Shown here: piece by piece, positions 8,302-17,578 of the stretch | Layout: every line of letters begins with the position of its first letter | Position numbering within the stretch: the first letter of the stretch is position 1 | Source of the DNA: a virus | Taxonomy: Duplodnaviria; Caudoviricetes | IMG/VR virus record: IMGVR_UViG_3300012971_000027 | Location: 1-45,943 of that record | Length of the DNA stretch: 45,943 bases | Strand: one strand, 5' to 3' | Translations under genes and position numbers: made by a program | Notes under the pieces: generated by a model | Seen by the model: the letters and a program-made list of their open reading frames with translations, nothing else | What the model was told of the DNA's origin: nothing | Database searches by the model: none

Positions 8302-8880
8302 TTATTGGCTTGGTTGAGCGTCATAGGCCGCTTTCAACATCGATGTGATGGTCGCCTGAATACCAGCGTCGGCCTGTATCCAGATATGGTCCGAGATCGC
8401 CCGCGTCAGAAATTGGATCTGCGGCCCGTCAGGTGCGGCCACGTACTTGCCGCCGCCGAATAACCAACTCACCGGCGAAGTCATCGGCACGTCGACGCAG
8501 AAGCACTTCGCGACATTGCGGCCGATAGTCCAGTCTTTCGGATTCGGGAGCCCGCCGAGAAGGCCGGCGACGCGACCGGCCGGATCGATACCGGCGATGA
8601 GCGCGATCTTGCGCTGCGGCGCTTGCTGCCGCAGGTAATACGCCCACCAGGCCGCACCCCAGGCGCCGAGGCTGTAGCCAACACCCGCGATTGGCTGCGT
8701 CGAAGGCAAGGCTAGCGTCTTGATCAGCGGCGCGCGCCAATTGCGCCCGCTGTCCTGGTATAGGTCAATATCGGCCCAATCTTCGAGGTCTAGCCGGCGC
8801 AGCCAATTCTCGAAGCCGCCCGACCAGAGTTGACCGCCATCGCCGCTGAAACCGCAAATGTAGATGGGGAGTTTTGTCAT
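8302..8880 (-). CDS. Alpha/beta-hydrolase (esterase/cutinase-like)
   Basis: GYSLG nucleophile elbow, LIAGIDP strand, late His (SDHI). Confidence 0.7.
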   Translation of the reverse strand: MTKLPIYICGFSGDGGQLWSGGFENWLRRLDLEDWADIDLYQDSGRNWRAPLIKTLALPSTQPIAGVGYSLGAWGAAWWAYYLRQQAPQRKIALIAGIDPAGRVAGLLGGLPNPKDWTIGRNVAKCFCVDVPMTSPVSWLFGGGKYVAAPDGPQIQFLTRAISDHIWIQADAGIQATITSMLKAAYDAQPSQ

Positions 8881-9668
8881 GCGGCCAGTGTCCTCAGATC
8901 GGCATCGAGCTGTGCCTCATTGATGAGCTCCGGCGTGAGGCCGCGATCGGGGTGCAAGTAATCGATGCTAACGTAAGCCACGGCCTCGTCCATGTAGCGC
9001 ATCAGGAAGGCTGGTGTTATTGCCTGCAGCCTTCCCCACGTCACGCAGACGATGTTGCCATGCGAATTGCGGCCAACGACCGGAACGTAATGGCCGCCGA
9101 CAACGTCGCTCTTCTCGTCGACTGTCCACGGCTGTCCTTTATCGAACTGCGCGGCTGCCGACTCCGGAAAACGAATGCCGAGCCCGCATGCACCGAACAC
9201 CCAGGCCGCCTTGATCAGATTGGTCACGCTGTCGACCGCGGCATACGACTTGACTTTATGCAGTGCGCCAGCCGTGTCGACGATGCCGACCTTCTGTCGT
9301 CGCGAGGCATATAGCTGCATGTCGAGACCGGTGTCGCTGGCATCGTTGGGCACGCCATTCCAGCCGCTCGCTTGCTCGTACTCTTTGAACGCCAAAGCCT
9401 GGCTGAAGCGCGCAACCGGACGCCCTGTCGCGCGCGTCCAATCCATCGTCTCGTGCATTGCCCCGGCCACCACGCAACAACCAGCGATATCGTTGCCAAG
9501 CATCATCCATTCCGCTTCGGCGCGATTGGTGATGTGGCCGAATACAGTCGGCGGCTGGATACGCTGCAGGTCGAGATAGCTCTCCAGCTTGAATTTAATG
9601 GCGTTCTCTCGGGCGGGCTTTTTGCCGAGGCAGACACGCTTGCTGCGCAGCTTGAATTGATACACCAT
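8877..9668 (-). CDS. Papain-like cysteine peptidase
   Basis: MLGND.AGCCVVAG..H, GGHYV.VVG, VTWG; GGGAG SD before ATG 9668. Confidence 0.7.
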   Translation of the reverse strand: MVYQFKLRSKRVCLGKKPARENAIKFKLESYLDLQRIQPPTVFGHITNRAEAEWMMLGNDIAGCCVVAGAMHETMDWTRATGRPVARFSQALAFKEYEQASGWNGVPNDASDTGLDMQLYASRRQKVGIVDTAGALHKVKSYAAVDSVTNLIKAAWVFGACGLGIRFPESAAAQFDKGQPWTVDEKSDVVGGHYVPVVGRNSHGNIVCVTWGRLQAITPAFLMRYMDEAVAYVSIDYLHPDRGLTPELINEAQLDADLRTLAA

Positions 9669-9669
9669 C

Positions 9670-10290
9670 TTAGCTCTCCCGGATCGGTCGAACAGTTGGA
9701 TCGGCATCTATCAATGCGCGCAGCATGGCGGCACAACCGAGCTGCGTATCCCACGCCCGCGCGTCAAACTTGCCATCGGTCGTATACTTGCCCCGCGTTT
9801 GAACAGAAGTCGCGCCCCAGACGTAAGGCGATGGAATATTGTGAAAATAATATCCCCAGCCGTTGTAGCGCTCCCACAGATACAGCGCTCGCTCGAGCAC
9901 GCTAAGCCCGGGCGGCGGCAAGCTCGATAGCCCATCGAGCTGAAGCGCATCGATCGCGGCATCTTCCCAACTGCTGAACGGCCCGCGACCTCTCGGAACA
10001 TTGTGGCTGGTACGGTCCCAGCGGTCACCTTGTGCCAGCGAGCGCGACCAGTTCTGCCCGCTCTCGCGCTCAGCAATGATGGCGCTCACCCACCAGGGCA
10101 CACCGTCATTGTGGTTCTCATAGGCAGTGCGTCGCTGCAAGTGCAGGTAACGATCCTTGCCGGCGAGCGCGCGGTGCAAAAAACCATCAAGCTCCTCCCG
10201 GGCCGTCGCCTTCACCTGCATATCGTCCCATTGCTTGGCATAGACCGGCCACTGCGTGCGGTAGAAGGGGGGCTTTCCATATTTTGCCAT
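9670..10290 (-). CDS. Endolysin, lysozyme family (COG5526-like)
   Basis: I.ERES, VPRGRGPFSSWE.AA.DAL, ERYNGWGY, PSPYVWG.T...GKY..DG.FD, Q.GCAAML motifs. Confidence 0.85.
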   Translation of the reverse strand: MAKYGKPPFYRTQWPVYAKQWDDMQVKATAREELDGFLHRALAGKDRYLHLQRRTAYENHNDGVPWWVSAIIAERESGQNWSRSLAQGDRWDRTSHNVPRGRGPFSSWEDAAIDALQLDGLSSLPPPGLSVLERALYLWERYNGWGYYFHNIPSPYVWGATSVQTRGKYTTDGKFDARAWDTQLGCAAMLRALIDADPTVRPIRES

Positions 10291-10293
10291 ATG

Positions 10294-10650
10294 TCAATCT
10301 CCCGGCGGCGCGAAGTGGTTGCAGGCGACAAGGATCTGCCCGGTCCACTCTGTATCAGCCTCTCCGCCGATGATGACTTGGATCGCATCGGTGTAGCGGC
10401 CGGGTGCGAGCGTCCCGGTGGTAATATGGTCTAGCACGATTCGCACTGTACCTTGTGACGCATCAATGACGGCAATCTGCGCCGCCTGGACTACGCTGAT
10501 CAGCGGATTCCCATCAACGTCGCGGATCATCCAATTGAACGACGCATTGGTCAGGTCGAGCGCAGCGCCGCCCTCGTCGAGCAGTGTGCCGTCAATTTCC
10601 CAGGCATCGCCCGCGCGCATTTCGATGTCATCGTGCATAGTGAGCGGCAA
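10294..10650 (-). CDS. BppU N-terminal-like beta-sandwich adaptor protein
   Basis: GD.W.I...L.DE.G.ALDLT.A.......GTV.I.L....T..L.PG.Y...IQV pattern; directly follows the giant fibre gene. Confidence 0.6.
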   Translation of the reverse strand: MPLTMHDDIEMRAGDAWEIDGTLLDEGGAALDLTNASFNWMIRDVDGNPLISVVQAAQIAVIDASQGTVRIVLDHITTGTLAPGRYTDAIQVIIGGEADTEWTGQILVACNHFAPPGD

Positions 10651-10675
10651 GCGCGAATCTCCCTATAATGAAGGT

Positions 10676-10723
10676 GCCGGCCCGGACCTTGCGTGTGAGG
10701 TGGAAGGACAAGGTCGGGCCGGC
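10676..10723. repeat. Long intergenic inverted repeat (15-bp stem, one bulge, 17-nt loop)
   Basis: GCCGGCCCGGACCTTG (10676-10691) / CAAGGTCGGGCCGGC (10709-10723). Confidence 0.75.
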
Positions 10724-10762
10724 GCTCAAGCGAAGCCGTCAGGACGCGGCCTGCGCTCGAAT

Positions 10763-13700
10763 TCAGAAAGTCTTGATGCCGCCTCTGGCGGTAACATTGA
10801 CGCGCGATCCTCCACGGCCGATCAATCCGGTGCTGGATCTACCCCCGGTCAGCACCGCACCATTGCTGCTGCGACCGATCAATACAGCAGGGCTGCGCTT
10901 GCCGGTCATATCGACATGACCACCGCGACGCCCGATGATACCGATCGGCTCGATGGCAACGCCGTGCCGTACGATGTCGACGCGCAGCCCGCCCGCACCA
11001 GCCCATGCGCCGACGCCCAGCATCATCTCGGCAGCGACGAAGCGAATGGCGCCGGCCGCCCGTTGCACGGATGGCTTGACGCTCTCGGCGAGTTGCAGCT
11101 GGCCTACTGCGAACTGGCCTAGCCCCGGCATACTCGAGCGCGCAGCGAGCAGGCGCTGCGTATCGACTGCTGCTGCGCCCGAGGCTGAGAGGGCAGTTGT
11201 CGGACGCAGCAGCGCGCTTGCCTTGGCGGACATGGTCGCCGAGGCGAAGAAGAAAATGGCATTCGGCTCGGCTGTGTATGTGAGGACGGAGAAAGCGCCG
11301 GCAGCCAGGAATTGCGACGATAGTTGCTGACGATTCGCCGCTATGGCTCCCACGCTGCCGACGCCCGTCGCGACGAGAATTGCCTGCATCCGCTCGGTGG
11401 TATTGACGGCAGCAGTGCTCGTTGCAGCGAAGATCGTTGTCGCCGGCATGGCGAGCATGGCTTTTGCCGCGATATTGCCGGAGGCAAGCAAGCTCGCGCT
11501 GGCCGGGATGCTGGCTCCGACCGACGCCAACAAGTTACCGGTAGCGGAGAGCGCAACTGTCGCCGCTAATGTTTCACGTGAAACAACGGCGATGGCGGCG
11601 CTGCCCGCAAAGCTCGCGCTGATCAGATTACTGGCCGGCGCTGTCGTAGCGGCGGAGAAGCTGGCCGCGCCGGACAGGACCGACGTCACCGCGATTCGCT
11701 GCACTGCCGTAGCAGTCGACGCCCCCGATCCCGCCACCGCCGCGGCAGCAACCAGATTTTGAACGGACGCTGCTGACGCGGTGGCCAAGCCCGTAAGCTG
11801 CGAACCAGCAGGCAACGCCAAGCGAGCGGCGAAAGCGAAGTTACCGCTGCCTGCCAAGGTCGCGGAAACATTCGCCGTCAGCCGGAATGCAACGATCTGA
11901 ACGCCAGCTCCGGCCAGCGCGGTCGCGGTCAACACCTTGACCAGATCGGCGATCGCCTGCGAGCCCGTGCCGGCCAGGATGCCGCCCCCAGCTAGAGCTG
12001 ATATCGGGACAGCAGGAACGAACTGGCCAGCCGCTAACAGCGGGATCGTAGAGACCATGCGTTGAGCGATGCTGCCCGCTGCCACAGCACTCCCGGCCAA
12101 AGGCGAGGCAGCGGCCATGCGTTGCGTTGTCTGTGCGGCCGAAATTCCGGCCCCGGCCAGAAGCGCGCTTCCCGGCTGTATCCCCGGGGTAAACTGGACT
12201 GCGCTGCCCGCCAGGAGCCCCGTAGCTGCAAAATTCGCCCCGGCGGCTAGGGTGCCTAGGGTCACGCCGGAAAGCGCACCTTGAGCCGCCGCTACGCCGG
12301 CGGTAGCCATTCTATCGACAGCCGCCGCCGCGAGGGCCGCGGAAGCAGCCAAACCGAGCGTTGTCCCGAGCTGCTGGTTCGCCGGAACGGTTAGGGCCGA
12401 AGTACCAGCCAATGCGGTCAGCGCCGCATGTTGCTGCGTTGCAACAGAAGCAAACGCCGCAGCAGCCGACAGTACCGCCGAGCCGGAAATGCCGCGGGCG
12501 ATAGCAATATCGACGGTCAACGCGCCAGCGCTGCTCAACGTCGATGTAGCCGCAAGCTGCTCGGTGAGCGCGAAGGTAAGCGCTGAGATGCCCGTCAGAG
12601 CAGAAGTGGCAGCGCGAGCGGGAGCTGCTGTCGCGGTCAACCCGCCCGCGCCGCCGACGACCGCGACCGTTGCCAAACGCTGAGTGGTCGGCAGGACCGC
12701 AGCCGCGACGCTAGCCAGAGTGGAGGCTGTACTGGCGTTGAGAGCGAATTGCGCTGCCAGTGCGGCAGTTCCGGCCAGCGAACTTGTGCTGACATTGAGA
12801 GCGAATGGTGATGCTGCTAGGGCGGAGCTCCCGGTAAGCGACGCCGCCCCCGACCAGAGGGTAACTGCGGTGGAGATCGTCGCATCGGCCGCGCACGAGC
12901 CTGCGCCCGCTAGCGCCACGCTGCCTTGCAACAAATTCGCGACGTTGCTCGAGAGGGTGCCGGCACCGGGAAGCGTGAGCGCGCCGAGGAGCTTCACAAA
13001 GTTGGGCGTTACCAGGCCGCCCGCCGCGACAAGTCCGCTGCTCGCAACTTCGATTTGAGTCGTGGTAGCCGCGACCGCACCGGCACCGTTGAAGGCAAGC
13101 GCGTCGAGAACCTTTGCCGGACTGAGTGCGGCGAAGCCGCCAGCTCCGGCCAAACCCGTGGTCACGGTCTCGACGAGTTGAGATGCGGTGCTCGCGGATG
13201 CGCCGCTGCCCGCGAAGGTCGCCGAGCCGATTACCTTGAGCAGATTCGGTGCAATCAGGCCGCCGCTGGCTGAGGCGCTGGCGGCAAAGACCATCTGCTG
13301 CGCCGGGCTCGACGACAGGGTCGAGGCACCCGCATAGGCAACACCATCAAGAACCTTCTGCAGATCCGCCAGCGCGATGGTGCTCGCCCCGGCAAAAGCG
13401 CCAACGGCCGCTAAGATCGTCTTGGTGTCAGCTGCCGCTGTACCGGAACCGGCCAGCGCCGCCGAGCCTTGCCAAAGGACGCCAGCGCCAGCGACGACAT
13501 TAATGAGTGAAATGCCAACCAACCGATCGGCGGTGGCGGTATAGCCACTCGCATCGGTGGTGGCGGCGTCGGCCCCGGCCTTGGCGTAATAGCTCGCCCC
13601 CGGATCAGAGCGCAAAGCTCCGGCCCTCATCGCGTCACCGGCCAGCATTCCGGTGCCGGCGAAGGACGCGATTGCCGCTTGTCGCTGACTCTCGCTAACT

Positions 13701-15103
13701 GCAAAAGCGGCAACGGCTGCTTGCGCGGACGCAGTCAACCGAATGATCTGTGCGGCGCTGACCGAAGCATTGCCCGCACCGGCAAACGCAGTGGGCGGTA
13801 TCTGCCAAACTTGACGAACGCTGGCCGAGACACTGCTGGCGCCGGCAAGAACGACTATTGCCTGCAAGAATTGGTCGAGCTGGTCGGCGCTCGTCCATCG
13901 CGCATTGCCCGCACCGGCAAACGCGGCAATCGTTGTGAGCAGCTGATCAATCGAGTCGACCGAAGTCCAGCGCGCGCTCGCTACACCACCGAACCCGCCG
14001 TCGGTATCCATGCGCTGGCTAAAAACATTGACCGAGGTCCAGCGCGCATTACCGGCGCCGCCATAAGTCGGGCCATACAATACTTTGCGCAGCAGCGGCG
14101 TGACCATGCCGCCAGCACCGGCAAACGCCGCCGAACCTTGCCACGTTGTCGCTGGCGAGTAGGTGATGACGATGAGACCGCCACCGCCCGTGCCTGCGGT
14201 GTGACTGGTCGGCGAGATCGAAGCCGCCCCGGTACCGCCGCCGCCGCCTCCGTAATCGCTGCCGTTGCCGCCGTTGAGCGTGCCGTTGGAGCCACCAACA
14301 CCGCCTGCACCGCCGCCGCCGCCGCCATTGCCGTGGGAGCTGTCGAAAGCGGTATCCTCGCCGCCTGCACCGCCTGAAGTGTTGAAGCCTGAGCTGGCAG
14401 TTCCGCTACCACCACCGCCGCCGCCACCACTCGTACCAGCGCTGCCAGGGTTGCCAGCTGTACCGCCGGTGCCAGCGCCACCAGCGCCATTTCCTCCTGA
14501 GCCACCAGTATTACCTGTAGCGTTGCTGCCGGTCGAGCCGTTGTTGCCGCCGCCACCACCGCCGCCGCCACCGTTGCTGCTGCCAGCATTGTTGCCGCCG
14601 CCACCGCCGGTCCCAGAAGGGCCGCCCGCGCCGCCACCGCCCCCGCCGCCATCAATGGCAGCAGTAGCAGAAGCGGTGCCGCCTGACCCTCCCGCAGCAG
14701 ATGAAGTGGTGTAAGTTACCGGAGAAGGCGAACCATTGATTGTCCCTGTGCCGCCGCTACCGCCTCCACCGCCTGCGACGGCTAATGCACCTAGTCCACC
14801 GCATTGCGCTTGATAACTATTAGAATTGGTTGTGCCTTCCCAATAAGTGGCAGCGGTGTCCTGGTTGGCGCTGGAATTGTTGCTGCTGATTGCAAAATTG
14901 GTCGTCGCGCCCAATGCGCCAACGGGCGAAGTTAATTTGTAATATCCACCGCCACCGCCGCCACCGCCTTTGTCATTGTTAACGCTAGGAGTGGTACTGT
15001 TGCCTCCGCAGCCAACCAGCTCCACCTGCGAGCCAGTATCGTGCCAATCTACAGGGCGCGACCAGGGCGAAGTGGAAGCGGAAGTGAGGAAGACCTGAGT
15101 GAT
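10763..15103 (-). CDS. Giant fibre/scaffold protein: N-terminal glycine-rich domain plus many Ala/Gly/Ser repeats; apparent ATC start
   Basis: Frame is open to 15115; ITQVFLTSASTSPWSRPVDWHDTGSQVELVGCGG aligns with the paralogue start MTVVFLTSASTSPWSRPGDWQDSGSQVELVGCGG; AAGGGAGG SD before ATC at 15103. Confidence 0.8.
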   Translation of the reverse strand: MTQVFLTSASTSPWSRPVDWHDTGSQVELVGCGGNSTTPSVNNDKGGGGGGGGYYKLTSPVGALGATTNFAISSNNSSANQDTAATYWEGTTNSNSYQAQCGGLGALAVAGGGGGSGGTGTINGSPSPVTYTTSSAAGGSGGTASATAAIDGGGGGGGAGGPSGTGGGGGNNAGSSNGGGGGGGGGNNGSTGSNATGNTGGSGGNGAGGAGTGGTAGNPGSAGTSGGGGGGGSGTASSGFNTSGGAGGEDTAFDSSHGNGGGGGGAGGVGGSNGTLNGGNGSDYGGGGGGTGAASISPTSHTAGTGGGGLIVITYSPATTWQGSAAFAGAGGMVTPLLRKVLYGPTYGGAGNARWTSVNVFSQRMDTDGGFGGVASARWTSVDSIDQLLTTIAAFAGAGNARWTSADQLDQFLQAIVVLAGASSVSASVRQVWQIPPTAFAGAGNASVSAAQIIRLTASAQAAVAAFAVSESQRQAAIASFAGTGMLAGDAMRAGALRSDPGASYYAKAGADAATTDASGYTATADRLVGISLINVVAGAGVLWQGSAALAGSGTAAADTKTILAAVGAFAGASTIALADLQKVLDGVAYAGASTLSSSPAQQMVFAASASASGGLIAPNLLKVIGSATFAGSGASASTASQLVETVTTGLAGAGGFAALSPAKVLDALAFNGAGAVAATTTQIEVASSGLVAAGGLVTPNFVKLLGALTLPGAGTLSSNVANLLQGSVALAGAGSCAADATISTAVTLWSGAASLTGSSALAASPFALNVSTSSLAGTAALAAQFALNASTASTLASVAAAVLPTTQRLATVAVVGGAGGLTATAAPARAATSALTGISALTFALTEQLAATSTLSSAGALTVDIAIARGISGSAVLSAAAAFASVATQQHAALTALAGTSALTVPANQQLGTTLGLAASAALAAAAVDRMATAGVAAAQGALSGVTLGTLAAGANFAATGLLAGSAVQFTPGIQPGSALLAGAGISAAQTTQRMAAASPLAGSAVAAGSIAQRMVSTIPLLAAGQFVPAVPISALAGGGILAGTGSQAIADLVKVLTATALAGAGVQIVAFRLTANVSATLAGSGNFAFAARLALPAGSQLTGLATASAASVQNLVAAAAVAGSGASTATAVQRIAVTSVLSGAASFSAATTAPASNLISASFAGSAAIAVVSRETLAATVALSATGNLLASVGASIPASASLLASGNIAAKAMLAMPATTIFAATSTAAVNTTERMQAILVATGVGSVGAIAANRQQLSSQFLAAGAFSVLTYTAEPNAIFFFASATMSAKASALLRPTTALSASGAAAVDTQRLLAARSSMPGLGQFAVGQLQLAESVKPSVQRAAGAIRFVAAEMMLGVGAWAGAGGLRVDIVRHGVAIEPIGIIGRRGGHVDMTGKRSPAVLIGRSSNGAVLTGGRSSTGLIGRGGSRVNVTARGGIKTF

Positions 15104-15115
15104 GGCAGACCTCCC

Positions 15116-15775
15116 TTAGCCTCCGTAACCCATCAAGTTGACCTGCGTGCCTGAGAACGATGCCGCCACGATGAGCGTTCGCGTTACGTCGAGCGGGAAC
15201 GAGATGTTGTCGCTGGATACGTTCTGAGCTCCGACCACGGCCTGCGAGTTTGAGCCGCCGAACTTGAGCTGCACTTGGCCACCGTCAAAATCGTAGGGAT
15301 CACCACTCGCGGCAGCATGGCCAATCCAAGCGGCGTCGATCGAGCCGTTGGTGCCTGGCGCGAACTGAAACTGCACTCCGATCGCTCCTGGATCGACGCT
15401 AGCCAAGAGCGATGGAGCAAACAATTGCCGCAGCGTTTGCCCCTGCCAGTTGCTGCTCTGCCCCGTCAGCGGTTGCGAGAATACCGTGCCCGCCGCGTTG
15501 TAGCGCGCGACCGCTGCCGCCAGCGTTGCGGTCCCACCGAAAGCACCTTGTCCTTGCCAGGTGGTATGGCCAACGATCGAGCTGTCGGTGGCAAAGCTAC
15601 CCGCTGCCGCAAATGCGGTTTGTGCAGCAAGTAGAATTCGCTCGTTGACGAAAAATCCGCTTGCCCCGGCGAGTATGCTCGCACCTTGCCATTGCACTGG
15701 CACGAACTCGATCCGCCCCTTGCGGCGCGGCGCGCGATAAATGAAAGACGCACGGCTGATTACGTATCGAGGCAT
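15116..15775 (-). CDS. Fibre-associated protein: two WQG repeats plus a C-terminal beta-rich domain
   Basis: VQWQGASILAGASGF and TTWQGQGAFGGTATL followed by a beta-strand-rich globular region. Confidence 0.65.
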   Translation of the reverse strand: MPRYVISRASFIYRAPRRKGRIEFVPVQWQGASILAGASGFFVNERILLAAQTAFAAAGSFATDSSIVGHTTWQGQGAFGGTATLAAAVARYNAAGTVFSQPLTGQSSNWQGQTLRQLFAPSLLASVDPGAIGVQFQFAPGTNGSIDAAWIGHAAASGDPYDFDGGQVQLKFGGSNSQAVVGAQNVSSDNISFPLDVTRTLIVAASFSGTQVNLMGYGG

Positions 15776-16878
15776 ATAAACGTCCGCCTGCGCAGCATGA
15801 TGAAGGACTTGTAGATGGCCTCGTTAGGCGTCAGTGATCCAACCAACGCGAGCGTTGCCGATCCTTGCCAGGCAGTCGGACCGCTGACCGCCGTATAGGT
15901 AATGACGATGAGGCCACCGCCGCCCGATGCGTTTACATAAGCAGCACCGGTCGCGACTGTATTTTCCGAGTCACCACCGCCGCCGCCGCCGTAATTGCCA
16001 CCAGCGCCGCCATTAGTGCTGGCCGTGCCCGTCGCAGCCGTGGATACGCCGCCGCCGCCGCCGCCACCACCGGCCCCCGCCGTCGCGCTGTTGGACGTTT
16101 GCGTCCAGTTGGTGACGTTGCCGAGGGTGCCGCCGGCACCGCCGTTCTTGTTCAGGCTCGCGGTGGAACTAGCCGTGCCGCCGCCACCGCCCCCGCCGGA
16201 CGATCCGGTTGTGCCAGGAGTGCCAACAGCACCGCCGCCTGTGCCGCCCGTGCCGTTCCCGCCCACACCGCCGGCAGCAGCCGACGAATTCGCTCCGGCC
16301 GTGCTCGATCCGCCGTTCGAGCCGCCGCCACCGCCGCCTCCGCTCGTGCCGCCGCTACCACCATTGCCGCCTGCCTTGCCTGCTCCGGTGGGGCCGCCAG
16401 CCCCACCACCGCCCGATCCGCTGCGGCCGGTCGATTGCGTCGTCGTGCCGCTGTTGCCACCAGCATTCGACACGACAGTGTAGGTGACCGGCGATGGCGT
16501 GCCGTTGGTGACGCCCGCACCGCCCGCGCTCGCACTGGTAGTATTGGTGCCAGGATTGCCGCACTGCGCTTGATAGCTATTGGTGTTGGTGGTGTTTTCC
16601 CAATACGTCGCGCTCGCATTCTGATTCGAGGCGGTCGAATTGCTCGCAGCAACGGCGAACGGCGTGGTCGATCCAAGCGCACCGACTGGTGCAGTCAAGC
16701 TGTAATAACCGCCCGCCCCGCCGCCTGATCCCGGCGCTCCGGCAGTGCCTAACGGGGCCACCGGGAGAGCGCCCTGCCCACCGCAACCGACAAGCTCAAC
16801 CTGCGAACCGGAGTCTTGCCAGTCGCCAGGACGCGACCATGGCGAAGTCGACGCGCTGGTGAGAAAGACGACCGTCAT
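15760..16878 (-). CDS. Glycine-rich fibre protein, paralogue of the N-terminus of 10763..15103
   Basis: Poly-Gly runs, VELVGCGG and GGGGLIVITY ends shared with the giant protein; one C-terminal WQG repeat. Confidence 0.8.
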   Translation of the reverse strand: MTVVFLTSASTSPWSRPGDWQDSGSQVELVGCGGQGALPVAPLGTAGAPGSGGGAGGYYSLTAPVGALGSTTPFAVAASNSTASNQNASATYWENTTNTNSYQAQCGNPGTNTTSASAGGAGVTNGTPSPVTYTVVSNAGGNSGTTTQSTGRSGSGGGGAGGPTGAGKAGGNGGSGGTSGGGGGGGSNGGSSTAGANSSAAAGGVGGNGTGGTGGGAVGTPGTTGSSGGGGGGGTASSTASLNKNGGAGGTLGNVTNWTQTSNSATAGAGGGGGGGGVSTAATGTASTNGGAGGNYGGGGGGDSENTVATGAAYVNASGGGGLIVITYTAVSGPTAWQGSATLALVGSLTPNEAIYKSFIMLRRRTFICLDT

Positions 16879-17286
16879 TCACGTCTCCGCGATGGCGCTC
16901 AGGTCGAGGCTGTTCCGGTTCTGCTCAAGGCAACGCAGTCGATACAGCGCGACGATCTCGCGCGTGCTCGGATCGTTGGCCCGCTCGTTGCGCTTCATCC
17001 ACTTCTCGACCTCGAACTCGATGCGACCGATCACACCGGGAATGTCGCCCCAGGCGATCGGCTCATGCACCAGCAGCCCCGGCACAACAACCAGGCGCTC
17101 GTCATGCCTCGCGTGATGCTTGAAGCTGCGACGATGGGCGACGACGAAGCGCAACCCGCCGTAGCTGTCGAGGATGCCCGCGAGGTGGCTCGGCCGCGGG
17201 TCACGCTGAACGCATCGCTTATTGCCGCCGCCACGACACTCCTTGCCCCAACAAACGGGGCACGTCGGCGGACCGTGACGATCCAT
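16879..17286 (-). CDS. Hypothetical protein with N-terminal Cys cluster
   Basis: CPVC...EC......C; fills the gap in the operon exactly. Confidence 0.55.
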   Translation of the reverse strand: MDRHGPPTCPVCWGKECRGGGNKRCVQRDPRPSHLAGILDSYGGLRFVVAHRRSFKHHARHDERLVVVPGLLVHEPIAWGDIPGVIGRIEFEVEKWMKRNERANDPSTREIVALYRLRCLEQNRNSLDLSAIAET

Positions 17287-17290
17287 GGCC

Positions 17291-17569
17291 CTACACGATG
17301 GCGGCGAGCTGGTTCTGCAAGTTGGTCAATTGCGTTTGATACAACGACAGCACCGAGTTGAAGATCGTTTGGCTGTCAGCCAAGTTCATCGGCAGGCTCG
17401 CCTGCATGGACGCGGTGCCGCCGCCCGGAATCTGCGTCAGCACATTGATGGCGTTGATGGTGACGCTGGTGGCGATGGCCTGTTGCAGCGTGGCGATCTG
17501 CGTTTGAATGGCTTGGATCGCCTGCGCGATCTGCCCGGCTTGCAGCGCGGAGTCGACGGTGAGGGCCAT
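17291..17569 (-). CDS. Small Gln-rich helical/coiled-coil protein
   Basis: AAGGAG SD; IAQAIQAIQTQIATLQQAI heptads. Confidence 0.75.
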   Translation of the reverse strand: MALTVDSALQAGQIAQAIQAIQTQIATLQQAIATSVTINAINVLTQIPGGGTASMQASLPMNLADSQTIFNSVLSLYQTQLTNLQNQLAAIV

Positions 17570-17578
17570 ACATGCTCC

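Noticed and set aside
15760-15790. Frameshift fusing 15760..16878 to 15116..15775
   Set aside because: A 16-nt overlap with a usable ATG explains it; no slippery sequence recognised, though the SD is weak
13981-16728. Long Pro-rich and Ala/Arg-rich ORFs on the + strand and alternate frames (e.g. 14265..14714, 15995..16483)
   Set aside because: Antisense or off-frame shadows of the poly-Gly codons in the fibre genes
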